NCBI GenBank assembly: GCA_001788095.1
Contig: MFZX01000029.1
Coordinates: 4,620-68,619 of the forward strand
Direction of reading: 5' to 3'
Length of the DNA: 64,000 nt
Origin: Candidatus Roizmanbacteria bacterium RIFCSPHIGHO2_12_FULL_37_23
GTDB taxonomy: Bacteria > Patescibacteriota > Microgenomatia > UBA1406 > HO2-37-13b
The notes under the pieces are model-generated. The model searched no databases. It was not told the origin of the DNA and saw only the letters and a program-made list of their open reading frames with translations. The position numbers were made by a program, and so were the translations under genes. This document shows positions 20,183 through 30,322 of this stretch, piece after piece (within the stretch, counting starts at the first letter, position 1; each line of letters starts with the position of its first letter).

Positions 20183-21310
20183 ATGCTCGTCAAACCTAAA
20201 GCAGGACAACCAGCACGGATAAAAGTCGTAGGAATTGGTGGTGGTGGTGGTAACGCATTAACCACAATGATTTCTGAAGAAGATATTGTAGGTGTAGAGT
20301 TTATTGCTCTGAACACCGATGCACAAGCCCTCCTTAATCATAAAGCTGATGTTAAAATCCAAATCGGTGAAAATCTTACTAAAGGGTTAGGTTCTGGTGG
20401 AAATCCGGAAATTGGTAGACAAGCAGCAGAAGAATCAAAAGAAAAAATAAAGGAACAACTTGAGGGTGCAGATATGATCTTTATTGCTGCTGGGGAAGGT
20501 GGGGGAACAGGAACAGGAGCTTCACCAATCATTGCAGAGATTGGAAAAGAAGTTGGAGCTTTAACTATAGCTGTTGTGACCAGACCGTTTGTCTTTGAGG
20601 GAGCCCGTAGAAAAGTTCTCGCACAAGAAGGGGTCGAAAATCTTCGAAGTAAAGTTGATACTCTTATTGTTATTCCAAATCAAAAGATATTAGAGATTAT
20701 TGACACAAAAGTTAGTATTCTTGAAGCTTTTAAAAAAGTAGACTCAATTCTTCATCAGGGTGTTAAAGGTATCGCCGAACTCATAACTACCCCAGGACTA
20801 ATAAATGTAGATTTTGCTGATGTGCGAACTATCATGCATGAAGCAGGAACCGCACTTATGGGGATAGGAACAGCTAGTGGTGAAAATAGAACTATCGCAG
20901 CTATAAAACAGGCAATTTCATCACCTCTTCTAGAAACTTCACTAGCAGGAGCTAAAGGAGTTTTGTTCAATATCGTTGGTGGGACAGACTTGAGCATGAG
21001 TGAGGTAAATGAAGCAGCTTCAGTTATTGCAAAATCAGTTGATCCTGATGCTGATATAATATTTGGAGCAGTTATTGATGAGCGCATGGTTGATCAAGTT
21101 CGTATTACAGTGATTGCTACAAAAATTGATGAGCGACGCTTACGATTATCACAATTAAGTAGATCAAGACCTGCACTTCTCAATGAGGAGGAGGTAGGTA
21201 AACAATCTATTGAATCACAAAATACGAAACAAGAAACAACTGATACACAAGATGAATTTATTGATGATGAAGAATTTGATACGCCTGCGTTTCTTAGAAA
21301 AAAAATATAA
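20183..21310 (+). CDS. ftsZ: Cell division protein FtsZ
   Basis: GIGGGGGNA and tubulin signature GEGGGTGTGASP. The start is taken at ATG 20183, just after the ftsA stop. Acidic C-terminal tail with a DTPAFLRKK peptide. Confidence 0.95.
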   Translation: MLVKPKAGQPARIKVVGIGGGGGNALTTMISEEDIVGVEFIALNTDAQALLNHKADVKIQIGENLTKGLGSGGNPEIGRQAAEESKEKIKEQLEGADMIFIAAGEGGGTGTGASPIIAEIGKEVGALTIAVVTRPFVFEGARRKVLAQEGVENLRSKVDTLIVIPNQKILEIIDTKVSILEAFKKVDSILHQGVKGIAELITTPGLINVDFADVRTIMHEAGTALMGIGTASGENRTIAAIKQAISSPLLETSLAGAKGVLFNIVGGTDLSMSEVNEAASVIAKSVDPDADIIFGAVIDERMVDQVRITVIATKIDERRLRLSQLSRSRPALLNEEEVGKQSIESQNTKQETTDTQDEFIDDEEFDTPAFLRKKI

Positions 21311-21312
21311 CT

Positions 21313-21645
21313 ATGTCGTCCGATCTCTTGCATAAAAAATGCATTCCATGCGAAGGAGGCGTAAATCCTTTGTCAGAGCATGAATATAAGAAGTATCTTG
21401 ACCAACTTAAGGGTTGGATAGTTAAAGATGGAAAAAAAATAGAGAAAGACTTTTCATTTAAGAACTTCAAAGAAGCAGTAGCTTTCATAAACTCAATTGC
21501 AACTATTGCAGAACACGAGGGACATCACCCAGACATCCTTTTATATCGGTGGAATAACATCAAGATAACTTGTTATACTCACACAATTAACGGTCTTCAT
21601 GAAAATGATTTTATTCTTGCAGCAAAGATAGATTCAATTAAGTGA
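21313..21645 (+). CDS. Pterin-4-alpha-carbinolamine dehydratase (PCD/DCoH)
   Basis: 110 aa, EGHHPDI motif. Confidence 0.8.
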   Translation: MSSDLLHKKCIPCEGGVNPLSEHEYKKYLDQLKGWIVKDGKKIEKDFSFKNFKEAVAFINSIATIAEHEGHHPDILLYRWNNIKITCYTHTINGLHENDFILAAKIDSIK

Positions 21646-21658
21646 AATATTCTTACGT

Positions 21659-24466
21659 ATGTTTAAACCTATAGACCCAAAGCCCGATTTTGCAAAAATA
21701 GAACAAGAGATTCTTCATTTCTGGAAAGATAATAATATTTTCGAAAAGTCAATTGAGTCAAAACCACCGAGTAAAACATGGACATTTCTCGATGGTCCAC
21801 CTTTTATTACGGGTTTACCTCATTATGGAAGTCTATTATCTTGTATTCCAAAGGATGTTTTTCCGCGTTTTTGGACGATGAAGGGTTATCGAGTTCGCAG
21901 AGTATGGGGTTGGGATTGTCACGGTCTTCCTGCAGAAAATAAAGTTGAGAATAAACTTGGATTAAAGCGAAAAAAAGATATTGAAGAAACAATCGGTATA
22001 AAAAAATTTATTGACGAATGCAAATTGTATGTTGGGGATGTTTCATCAGAGTGGGAATGGTACGTTGACCATATTGGTCGTTGGGTAGACTTCAAAAATG
22101 CTTATAAAACGATGGACAAAGAGTATATGGAATCTGTTATGTGGGTTTTCAAGCAAATGTATGATAAGGGACAGATTTATAAAGGACTCCGCGTTTCACT
22201 TTTTTGTCCTCATTGTTCAACACCGATTTCAAATTTTGAAGTTGCAATGGATAGTGAAAATTATAAACAAATTACAGATCTTGGGACAATATATAAATAT
22301 AAACTTACAAACTATGAAAATACTTACATTCTTGCATGGTCGACAACTCCCTGGAATAAAATTGTTACACCCGCGCTTGCAGTAAACCCTGTATTGACAT
22401 ATGTAACCGTAGAAATAGAGAATGAAAAATATATTCTTGCTCAATCAACGATAAAAATCCTTGATGGTCTCAAATATAAAATACTTGATACTTTTAAAGG
22501 GGAAAAAATTATCGGGGAATTTTTTGAACCTCACTATACTTTCTATACTATAGAAAAAGATAAAAAAGCATTCATCATAATTGGTGGGGATTTCGTAACT
22601 GCAGACGAGGGCACTGGGGTTGTTACGCTTGCTGCATATGGAGAGGAAGATCTTGAGGTGATGACAAAAGAAAATATTCAAATCGTTCTACACGTAGACG
22701 AGGAAGGTAATATACTTGATCATGTTCCTCAATTCGGTGGAATGTTTTATCTGGATGCTAATGAAGCAGTAAACGACGATCTTAGAAAGCGTGGTCTTAT
22801 CCTGAAAGAAGAGCCCTACACATATAGTATGCCGCATTGTTGGAGGTGCGGTACACAGCTTTTTTATGCTCCACAAAACGCGTGGTTTGTAAATATTCAA
22901 GATATTAAAAAAGAACTCTTTAAAACTAACGAGGCCATTAACTGGTATCCAAACCATTTTAAACAGGGAAGATTTAAAAAAAGCATGGAGGCAGCACCGG
23001 ACTGGTGTATTTCTCGCAGTCGTTATTGGGGATCACCGGTTCCAGTTTGGGAATGTTCTTGTGGGGAGCGATTTGTTCCGGGTTCGATAAAGGAGCTTGA
23101 AGAAGCTTCTGGACAAAAGGTGGTCGAATTGCATAAACCAGACATTGATGAAATTTTTGTTACATGCAAGAGATGTGGTAAAAAAGCAAAAAGAGTCCCC
23201 GAGGTGCTCGATAGTTGGATTGAAGCTGGATCAGCTCCTTATGCAGAACGACACTACCCATTTAATAAAAAGGAAAAACTTGGCGATTTTTTCCCTCCTG
23301 ATTTCATAGTTGAATATACCGGCCAAATTAGAGCGTGGTTTTATGTACTTCACGTTATTTCTAATGTTTTATTTAATTCACATGCATTTAAAAACGTAGT
23401 GGTAACTGGAGTAATACTAGGATCTGATGGGAGAAAGATGAGTAAGAATTATGGTAATTATCCTGATCCGCGCATGATGTTGGAAAAGTATGGAGGAGAT
23501 GCTTTAAGAATTTATCTCATGGGAAGCTCTGTCATGAGAGGTGAAGACATTTTAATTTCCGAGGAAGAATATCGAGAACAGCTTAGAGGATTATTATTAC
23601 CTTTATGGAATACATATAATTTTTTCACAACATACGCACTTCTTCATAAATGGACTCCTTCTCCAAATCTTTCAAAACCATCTACAAATGTTTTAGATAT
23701 GTGGATTGTTTCACGATTACACAATACAATACAAAGTATTAAAACTGCATTGGAAGCATACGATACAGTTTCTGCTGTTGGGTATACAAAGCATTTTCTT
23801 AATAACGATCTTTCTGGATGGTATATACGACGAATAAGAGACAGAGTTCGCGCTGACGCGGAAAATAAAGAAGATATTTCAATGACACTAAATACTCTTT
23901 GGTATGTGCTTGTTGAATATCTTAAGGCCCTTGCTCCTCTTGCTCCATTTATCACAGAAGCAATATTTAAGAATATTACTTCGGAATCATCTATTCATTT
24001 GCAAGATTGGCCTAAAGAAGGGAGAACAGACGACAAGTTAGAACAAGAAATGAAAAATGCTATAGAATTATCATCTGCGATTCATGCATTACGAAAGGAA
24101 GCTGGCATAAAAGTACGTATTCCTCTTCGAGAAGTTGAATACAAAGGCCCAATTAAGTTTTCTGATCTTATTGTTCGTGTAGTCTTAGATGAAATCAATG
24201 CATACGAGCTAAAATATACTGGGAAGGCAAAAGACATACAATCTAGGTTTGATACGCACGATAACAACCTAGACCGTGAAGCCGGAGACGCTCGAGAAAT
24301 TATCCGTACAATTCAGGTTGAACGAAAAAAAATTGGATTACATCCAAGTGATCAAGTTATAGTAACAATTCCTAGCTATCCTGCAAAATACAAGGATCTT
24401 ATAATGAAAAAGGTTGCAGCAAAAGAAATACGTAAGGGTGACAAGCTTGTTATAGAGAAGATATGA
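21659..24466 (+). CDS. ileS: Isoleucine--tRNA ligase (type 2-like)
   Basis: GPPFITGLPHYGS (HIGH region), GWDCHGLP, KMSKNYGNYPDP (KMSKS region). 935 aa. Confidence 0.9.
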   Translation: MFKPIDPKPDFAKIEQEILHFWKDNNIFEKSIESKPPSKTWTFLDGPPFITGLPHYGSLLSCIPKDVFPRFWTMKGYRVRRVWGWDCHGLPAENKVENKLGLKRKKDIEETIGIKKFIDECKLYVGDVSSEWEWYVDHIGRWVDFKNAYKTMDKEYMESVMWVFKQMYDKGQIYKGLRVSLFCPHCSTPISNFEVAMDSENYKQITDLGTIYKYKLTNYENTYILAWSTTPWNKIVTPALAVNPVLTYVTVEIENEKYILAQSTIKILDGLKYKILDTFKGEKIIGEFFEPHYTFYTIEKDKKAFIIIGGDFVTADEGTGVVTLAAYGEEDLEVMTKENIQIVLHVDEEGNILDHVPQFGGMFYLDANEAVNDDLRKRGLILKEEPYTYSMPHCWRCGTQLFYAPQNAWFVNIQDIKKELFKTNEAINWYPNHFKQGRFKKSMEAAPDWCISRSRYWGSPVPVWECSCGERFVPGSIKELEEASGQKVVELHKPDIDEIFVTCKRCGKKAKRVPEVLDSWIEAGSAPYAERHYPFNKKEKLGDFFPPDFIVEYTGQIRAWFYVLHVISNVLFNSHAFKNVVVTGVILGSDGRKMSKNYGNYPDPRMMLEKYGGDALRIYLMGSSVMRGEDILISEEEYREQLRGLLLPLWNTYNFFTTYALLHKWTPSPNLSKPSTNVLDMWIVSRLHNTIQSIKTALEAYDTVSAVGYTKHFLNNDLSGWYIRRIRDRVRADAENKEDISMTLNTLWYVLVEYLKALAPLAPFITEAIFKNITSESSIHLQDWPKEGRTDDKLEQEMKNAIELSSAIHALRKEAGIKVRIPLREVEYKGPIKFSDLIVRVVLDEINAYELKYTGKAKDIQSRFDTHDNNLDREAGDAREIIRTIQVERKKIGLHPSDQVIVTIPSYPAKYKDLIMKKVAAKEIRKGDKLVIEKI

Positions 24467-25500
24467 AAAAAAGATCGCTCGACTTGTGGGGATTGCTCTC
24501 AGTTGTAGGATTATTGATATTCGGATCTTTTAACATACTTGGAATCCGTCCTGATTTGTTTTTAAACTATATATTCTTCTCGCTTTTAGGACTTGCTTTT
24601 TTTGTGTTGTTTTTCCGTTTAAAGACACACTTCTTTAAGGATAATTACTTTATTCTTTTCATATGTTTTGTATTACTCTTTATTTTAACGGCTCTTCTTG
24701 GTGAAGAGGTTCGAGGTGCAAAACGGTGGATAAATTTTTTTATCTTTAATTTCCAAACCTCTGAGTTTTATAAGCCATTTTTTTTACTCATTATGGCCAC
24801 CTTATTGAGTACACATAATCGATTTATGACTCAAAGAATAATTGTGACATTTATGGCATTTTTTATTCCTTTCATTTTTGTCCTAACACAACCGGATCTT
24901 GGAAGCGCACTTATGTACTTGGTTGTTTTTTTTGCTATGCTATTCTATTCAGGTTACTCAACGATTAAGCTCCTATACATTTCGCTCGCTGGATTTGTTG
25001 GCTTACCAATTGGTTGGCAATTTCTACAAAATTATCAAAAATTGCGAATAATCGGTTTTATTAACCCTGATTTAGATCCTCGGGGGATAACATATAACCT
25101 TCATCAAGCAATTATTACTGTTGGTTCTGGAGGTCTCCTTGGGAGAGGGTTGGGGCTTAGTACCCAAGCACGACATAATTTTCTACCTGAATTCCATACA
25201 GATTTTGCTTTTGCCTCGCTTGTCGAACAATTCGGTTTTGTAGGTGGCCTCGTGGTTCTCCTTTTGTATATGGTACTTTTATATCGATTAACCGTGAAAA
25301 TTTTTACTCATAAAAATGATCTTTTTGCATATCTTTATCTCTCCGGTTCGCTTATATTTATATCGCTTGCAATTTTTGTCAATGTTGGCATGAACTTAGG
25401 TATACTCCCCGTGACTGGTATCGCACTTCCCTTTATATCATATGGAGGGTCTTCGATTGTATCGACAATGATTATGTTGGGATTAGCTTTTTCGATATAA
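24463..25500 (+). CDS. rodA: SEDS family protein RodA-like (second FtsW/RodA paralog)
   Basis: QTSEFYKP, QPDLGSA, LPEFHTDFAFA, ALPFISYGGSS. Confidence 0.8.
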   Translation: MKKRSLDLWGLLSVVGLLIFGSFNILGIRPDLFLNYIFFSLLGLAFFVLFFRLKTHFFKDNYFILFICFVLLFILTALLGEEVRGAKRWINFFIFNFQTSEFYKPFFLLIMATLLSTHNRFMTQRIIVTFMAFFIPFIFVLTQPDLGSALMYLVVFFAMLFYSGYSTIKLLYISLAGFVGLPIGWQFLQNYQKLRIIGFINPDLDPRGITYNLHQAIITVGSGGLLGRGLGLSTQARHNFLPEFHTDFAFASLVEQFGFVGGLVVLLLYMVLLYRLTVKIFTHKNDLFAYLYLSGSLIFISLAIFVNVGMNLGILPVTGIALPFISYGGSSIVSTMIMLGLAFSI

Positions 25501-25503
25501 AAC

Positions 25504-25532
25504 TTGTTTTTAGGTAGTTGATTTTATATAAT
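25504..25532 (+). promoter_or_regulatory. Candidate sigma70-type promoter (TTGTTT-N17-TATAAT) for rplU
   Basis: TATAAT at 25527-25532 lies only 6 nt before the rplU ATG (25539), which implies a leaderless or very short-leader mRNA. Confidence 0.35.
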
Positions 25533-25538
25533 GCAAGG

Positions 25539-25847
25539 ATGAAATTCGCTATCATCCGTACCGGTGGGAAGCAGTATCTCGTGGAGGAATCACAAGAGAT
25601 AATTGTTGATCATCTAAAATTGGATAAAAAAAGTATTATTGAATTTGAAACTCTTGCTCAAGGAGACGATGATAAGACAGTAATAAAACTGGGTACACCG
25701 ACCTTGAAAACAAAAGTCAAAGGAGAGATAGTGGATAACTTCAAGGGTGATAAAATAAATGTTGCACGTTTTAAAGCCAAGACAAGATATAGAAAGGTTC
25801 GAGGTTTTAGACCAATGCTCTCAAGGGTAAAAATTATCAGCGTTTAA
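25539..25847 (+). CDS. rplU: 50S ribosomal protein L21
   Basis: MKFAIIRTGGKQY start typical of L21. The listed TTG start at 25518 was rejected in favour of ATG 25539. Confidence 0.9.
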   Translation: MKFAIIRTGGKQYLVEESQEIIVDHLKLDKKSIIEFETLAQGDDDKTVIKLGTPTLKTKVKGEIVDNFKGDKINVARFKAKTRYRKVRGFRPMLSRVKIISV

Positions 25848-25882
25848 ATTATTGGTTTTCGTTTTGATCTTTATTCAATTGT

Positions 25883-26137
25883 ATGGCACATACAAAAGCA
25901 CAAAAAGCTGCAAAAGGAAACAAAGACTCTATTTCCAAAAGACTCGGAGTTAAATTATATGGTGGAGAAAAAGCACGTGCTGGTAATGTAATCGTTAGAC
26001 AGAGAGGAATGACCTTTAGAGCAGGAAAAGGAGCATACCATGGAAAAGATTATACGATTCATGCAGCTATTGACGGAGAAGTAAAGTTTATTACACAAAA
26101 AGGAAAGAAATACGTAACCATCATGCCGGGACAGTAA
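25883..26137 (+). CDS. rpmA: 50S ribosomal protein L27
   Basis: MAHTKAQKAAKGNKDSISKRLGVK...IVRQRG. Confidence 0.95.
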   Translation: MAHTKAQKAAKGNKDSISKRLGVKLYGGEKARAGNVIVRQRGMTFRAGKGAYHGKDYTIHAAIDGEVKFITQKGKKYVTIMPGQ

Positions 26138-26145
26138 TAAATGAA

Positions 26146-26682
26146 ATGTCTCAAGATATAGATTTTCTTATTCAACAGGTACAAAATGAATCCAATGTTC
26201 TGGTTAAAGCTCAACTGCTTAAAGACATTCAAAACCAGTACAATGTTCCGTTAAATTCTTTAGCTAAGTCACTACATCTTTCACCTACATATATTTCTCA
26301 CTATCTTAGATTATTGAAGTTGCCAGAAACTATTATTGATGGATATTATTCTCAATCCATATCTAAGACTCATCTCTATATAATTTCGCGGCTTAGGAAT
26401 GTTGAGGACATGGTCGATATATATGAACAGGTTCTTACAAATAATTTGACAACCCTTCAGACCGAGGAAATGGTTCGAGAAAAACTATATTCAGTAAATT
26501 CACAAGGGGAAAGAGCCTCTGAGGACATTGTAAAAAAAATAACGAACAAATTTTCAGGACTTGATAAAGACTTATCTACAAAAGTAATACAAACCAGAGT
26601 AAAGACAAAAGTTATTTTAGAAGTAAGAGGAAATCTTGAGAAAACTACCGAAATTCTTGGTAAACTAGCCTCACTGGAATAA
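26146..26682 (+). CDS. ParB-like HTH protein lacking the N-terminal ParB/Srx (CTPase) domain
   Basis: LAKSLHLSPTYISHYLRLLKLPETI matches the ParB HTH region. There is no GxRR-type N-terminal box. 178 aa. Confidence 0.5.
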   Translation: MSQDIDFLIQQVQNESNVLVKAQLLKDIQNQYNVPLNSLAKSLHLSPTYISHYLRLLKLPETIIDGYYSQSISKTHLYIISRLRNVEDMVDIYEQVLTNNLTTLQTEEMVREKLYSVNSQGERASEDIVKKITNKFSGLDKDLSTKVIQTRVKTKVILEVRGNLEKTTEILGKLASLE

Positions 26683-27244
26683 GTGATTGTTCAAAGGGAT
26701 TTTTAATCGTACCAATTTTTTCAGGAGGGAAATATCTGAAAAAAACGCGCCCTATGATATCCTGAGTTGGGACTGGTCCAAACATACGCGAATCTGATGA
26801 TCTTTGACGATTATCTCCCATGACAAATATATGCCCGTTGGGAATAATTTCCTCCTGACCTTCTTTTAAGTAAGCATCTTCCAAAGTGAGCGTTTGCCCC
26901 TCAATATACTGCTCCTTCAATGCTTTACCATTGATATATATAGTATTATTTTCAATTCGTATTTTTTCACCTGGGAGAGCGATAATTCTCTTTATGAAGT
27001 CGATGTCTTTATTATCTGGAGAACTAAATACGACGACGTCTCCTCGATGAGGAGAACCAAACTTGTAAGCGAGTTTATTTGTGAGTATATATTCGCCGTT
27101 ATGGAATGTGTTATCCATAGAAGATCCTTTCACTTGATGAGGCTGCATTATGAAAAGATATACAACGATAAAAAGTGACCCAACAAAAGTTACAGTCTCA
27201 AGGATATCCATGACAAATTCTATGATTTTCTTCACGATATCCAT
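26645..27244 (-). CDS. lepB: Signal peptidase I
   Basis: N-terminal TM. Catalytic Ser box GSSMDNTF, Lys box RGDVVVF and GDNRQRSSDSR. Confidence 0.85.
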   Translation of the reverse strand: MDIVKKIIEFVMDILETVTFVGSLFIVVYLFIMQPHQVKGSSMDNTFHNGEYILTNKLAYKFGSPHRGDVVVFSSPDNKDIDFIKRIIALPGEKIRIENNTIYINGKALKEQYIEGQTLTLEDAYLKEGQEEIIPNGHIFVMGDNRQRSSDSRMFGPVPTQDIIGRVFFRYFPPEKIGTIKNPFEQSLIPVRLVYQEFR

Positions 27245-27299
27245 GATTATTCCATTGTAAGTAAGCTAAAAGGAAAAAACAAGCGATGATGAACTTGTT

Positions 27300-27308
27300 T
27301 GATATAAT
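27300..27308 (+). promoter_or_regulatory. Candidate extended -10 promoter element (TGaTATAAT)
   Basis: TGATATAAT at 27300-27308, about 95 nt upstream of tRNA-Val. No good -35 element. Confidence 0.35.
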
Positions 27309-27352
27309 ATTCAAGTAGATCCTGCCATGTCGAACAGATTCGGCATCTCGGG

Positions 27353-27402
27353 ATCCTGAATTGAAGTTTCTCCGATGTAATCGGAGTTCAGGATGTTTTT
27401 TT
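27353..27402 (+). terminator. 42-nt nested palindromic element (copy A) followed by T7 run; terminator-like
   Basis: ATCCTGAA-N9-CTCCGAT GTA ATCGGAG-TTCAGGAT, then G and TTTTTTT (27396-27402), directly abutting the tRNA-Val 5' end. 35/42 identical to 31210-31251. Confidence 0.45.
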
Positions 27403-27476
27403 GGCCGATTAGCTCAGTTGGTCAGAGCGTTCCGTTCACATCGGAGAGGTCGAAGGTTCGAGTCCTTCATCGGCCA
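27403..27476 (+). tRNA. tRNA-Val (anticodon CAC)
   Basis: Manual cloverleaf: acceptor GGCCGAT/ATCGGCC, D arm GCTC/GAGC, anticodon loop TTCACAT, T arm GAAGG-TTCGAGT-CCTTC. CCA is not encoded. Confidence 0.9.
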
Positions 27477-27488
27477 CAAGACATTTTT

Positions 27489-28820
27489 TTACTGTTGATA
27501 TACTTCTTCAAGCGCTTTAATTCCTTTCCAAAACATATCCTCATCGACATTTTCATTAGGAGCATGAATTTGAGAATCAGGAAGTGGAAACCCAAACATG
27601 ACCATAGGTTTTTTATATAATCGATAAAGTATTTCAGCTGCTGGAACAGAACCACCAGTCATCGTATAGGAAGTAGGAGCTCTAAAAACCTTTGCTAATG
27701 CCTTTGCCGCCTTTTGGATATAATCGTTTTTTATCTCTATTCGCACCGGTGATGCCTGACTCTCAACATTCAAGTTATATATAACTCCAGAAGGCATACT
27801 ATGCTTTATAAAATTGGTGATTTTTTGTATGATGTCTGAGGGTGTTTGTTCTGCGACAAGTCTGCACGAGAACTTAAGAATTGCTGTAGAACCAATAACT
27901 GTTTTGAATCCTTCACCAGTATAACCACTGGATACCCCGTTAAAATCAAGCGAAGGCATTATTTTAGTTACAATGCTTGGAGGAATATCATCAATTGTTA
28001 TGATTTTAAATACGTGCGCCTTGTTCATTTCTTCTTTGACTGATAAAATTCCCTTCTTAAGCATTGTAAACTCCTTTTTACTCGGTTTTTTAATGTTGTC
28101 ATAGAATCTAGGGATTAATACTTTATTTGTTCTCAAATTTTTCATTTGAGATATGAGATAGCTTATTACATGAATGGGATTTAGAACTCGGTTACCAAAT
28201 GTACCTGAGTGAAGGTCAACTTCTCCAATTTTAATTTCAAGTTCAAATGTCACAATTCCTCTGAGCCCAAAAGATATAGTAGGTTCATTTGTTGCAGGCA
28301 TTCCAAGATCAACTATGTAGAATACATCAACCATAGACAATATATTTTGAAGATTTCGAGCATATTTTTCAAAGCCATAACTGCTTATTTCTTCACCACC
28401 TTCAAAAATAAATATAATATTATTATGCAGTTTTTTGTGATGGATGAGGTTTTTTATAGCCACTATGTTTTGAATTACATGGCCTTTAGTGTCAGCTACA
28501 CCTCTTGCATAAAGCTTGCCGTCTTTTTGCGTTAGTTTAAACGGTGGTGATCGCCATTCTAATAATGGATCTTCAGGTTGGACATCATAATGGCCATAAA
28601 TTCCTATCGTTTTAGCTTTTTTATTCATTGAATAGAGTCCAATAATAAGTGGAGGAGTATCTTTGATTTGAAAAACTTTCACATCACATCCAAAACTTTC
28701 TAAATTCTTTTTAAGAAATTCAGATGCCTTTAGAATTTGTGGAAAACGCTTTGGGTCAGTTGATACGGATTCGATAGCAATAAAATCTTTTAATAATTCA
28801 AGAATTTCTACTTTTTTCAT
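27489..28820 (-). CDS. M20 family metallopeptidase (dipeptidase/ArgE-DapE-CPG2-like)
   Basis: GHYDVQP, RGVADTKG, FEGGEEISS. 443 aa. Confidence 0.75.
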   Translation of the reverse strand: MKKVEILELLKDFIAIESVSTDPKRFPQILKASEFLKKNLESFGCDVKVFQIKDTPPLIIGLYSMNKKAKTIGIYGHYDVQPEDPLLEWRSPPFKLTQKDGKLYARGVADTKGHVIQNIVAIKNLIHHKKLHNNIIFIFEGGEEISSYGFEKYARNLQNILSMVDVFYIVDLGMPATNEPTISFGLRGIVTFELEIKIGEVDLHSGTFGNRVLNPIHVISYLISQMKNLRTNKVLIPRFYDNIKKPSKKEFTMLKKGILSVKEEMNKAHVFKIITIDDIPPSIVTKIMPSLDFNGVSSGYTGEGFKTVIGSTAILKFSCRLVAEQTPSDIIQKITNFIKHSMPSGVIYNLNVESQASPVRIEIKNDYIQKAAKALAKVFRAPTSYTMTGGSVPAAEILYRLYKKPMVMFGFPLPDSQIHAPNENVDEDMFWKGIKALEEVYQQ

Positions 28821-28863
28821 ATAGACTATTATAACACCCTATAAATAGTGATATAATTATTGC

Positions 28864-30321
28864 ATGGCCACGATTCGTGAATATATTGACGAAGTGAGGA
28901 AGGAAAGGCCAATTCTCGACAATCTCGTAACAAAATATGGCAACGAATCAATGTGGTCTGTAAGTGAAAGAGTATTGGACAGGGGAAAACAGCAAGCACA
29001 TTTTTATAGACCCGAGTTTATTCCGCTTTTTAAAAGAGCTTTTCCATATTTGCCCGTTGATGTATTAGAGCAATATGAGGAGACTTTAAAAAGCAATCCT
29101 TTAATTTCTACTGCTGACCATCATGGACCAATTGATCATCCCGCGTTTGTAAGCAGTAACATATTATTGAGTTTATACGGAAATATAACTATTCCTCCAA
29201 TATTATCTTTTAGTTCGATCCCCTTAAATAATGCTTCTTATCCCAGAGGCTTGTTGTTGGGAGGACCTGAGGGCATGAAGCGATTTTCGTTTTTCGGTTC
29301 ACGCGTAAGACATGAAACAGTGAACACGGTTGACGCACTAGAATTTAATAGTGGAACGATTAGCAATTGGACTCTTGAAAATAAGAAGAATTTTGATTCA
29401 TCAGAGCTTGAATTTATTGAAAGTATACTCAAGGATTTTACACGTTCGTCAAGCGTAAATGACTGTAATTCTTATAGCGAACAAGTTCGGATATGGAATT
29501 TATGGTTTTGGAAAAAGTTTTTTCCAAATAAACATATCTATTTTAATCCTATAGATGATCTTACATCAACTTTCTTTAAAGAGGTATTATGTAAAAATAG
29601 TGCATTACCAATATATAAAGTTCTATTCACACTACCGCAAGACAAACAAGAACGTATTTTCAATGGTGTTTATGGAGCTTGGAAGTCAGATAAACTAAAA
29701 TCATATTCACCAGGAGGCGGTACGTGGTATTTTTGGGGTATCAATAAAGCAAAAAGAATGATCCCTCTAAGAAGAGAAGGAGGCAAACTTACTGCTCACG
29801 ATAAAAGTTTTACATCAATTAACTGGACACCGGAATCATTAAGTGAAGCTTTATTTAATAAGAAAATCGTTCCAGCGCTTATCACTAATTATTTAGTTGT
29901 AGGTGGTCATTATGGATTATATTGTTCTGGTGGGAATAACCAAGTTTACTATTATGGTGAAATCATGAAAGGTTATGTTAAAGCATTAGAAAATATTGGA
30001 GAATTTGAAGAAGCAAAAAGGGTAAAAAAAATTGATACATCAGGCGTGCACCAATTACTTTGGTTATTATTTGGCAAAAACAAGAATAAAATCATACCGC
30101 TTTGTTCCATGAATATGTTCTATATTGAAAAGAAACTTCACAACATCATGAAAATTATCGATAGTATTGACTTTGAAATAGGATTTAACATTGCAGCAGC
30201 ACTACTCTTTCCATATATTGTAAGTCCGCAGAGAAGAAAAGAAATGAACTACACATTTGAGGATACTTTTATACAACTAAAGAATATAATGCCTAACGAT
30301 CTCATTTTTCAGGAATGGTAG
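28864..30321 (+). CDS. Hypothetical protein (485 aa), no family recognised
   Basis: Long uninterrupted ORF with host-like AT-rich codon usage. No motif I can assign. Confidence 0.5.
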   Translation: MATIREYIDEVRKERPILDNLVTKYGNESMWSVSERVLDRGKQQAHFYRPEFIPLFKRAFPYLPVDVLEQYEETLKSNPLISTADHHGPIDHPAFVSSNILLSLYGNITIPPILSFSSIPLNNASYPRGLLLGGPEGMKRFSFFGSRVRHETVNTVDALEFNSGTISNWTLENKKNFDSSELEFIESILKDFTRSSSVNDCNSYSEQVRIWNLWFWKKFFPNKHIYFNPIDDLTSTFFKEVLCKNSALPIYKVLFTLPQDKQERIFNGVYGAWKSDKLKSYSPGGGTWYFWGINKAKRMIPLRREGGKLTAHDKSFTSINWTPESLSEALFNKKIVPALITNYLVVGGHYGLYCSGGNNQVYYYGEIMKGYVKALENIGEFEEAKRVKKIDTSGVHQLLWLLFGKNKNKIIPLCSMNMFYIEKKLHNIMKIIDSIDFEIGFNIAAALLFPYIVSPQRRKEMNYTFEDTFIQLKNIMPNDLIFQEW

Positions 30322-30322
30322 T

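Noticed and set aside
27393-27655. ORFs 27393-27620 (+) and 27467-27655 (-) near tRNA-Val.
   Set aside because: The first reads straight through tRNA-Val and then antisense into the M20 peptidase gene. The second is an alternate frame of the peptidase gene.
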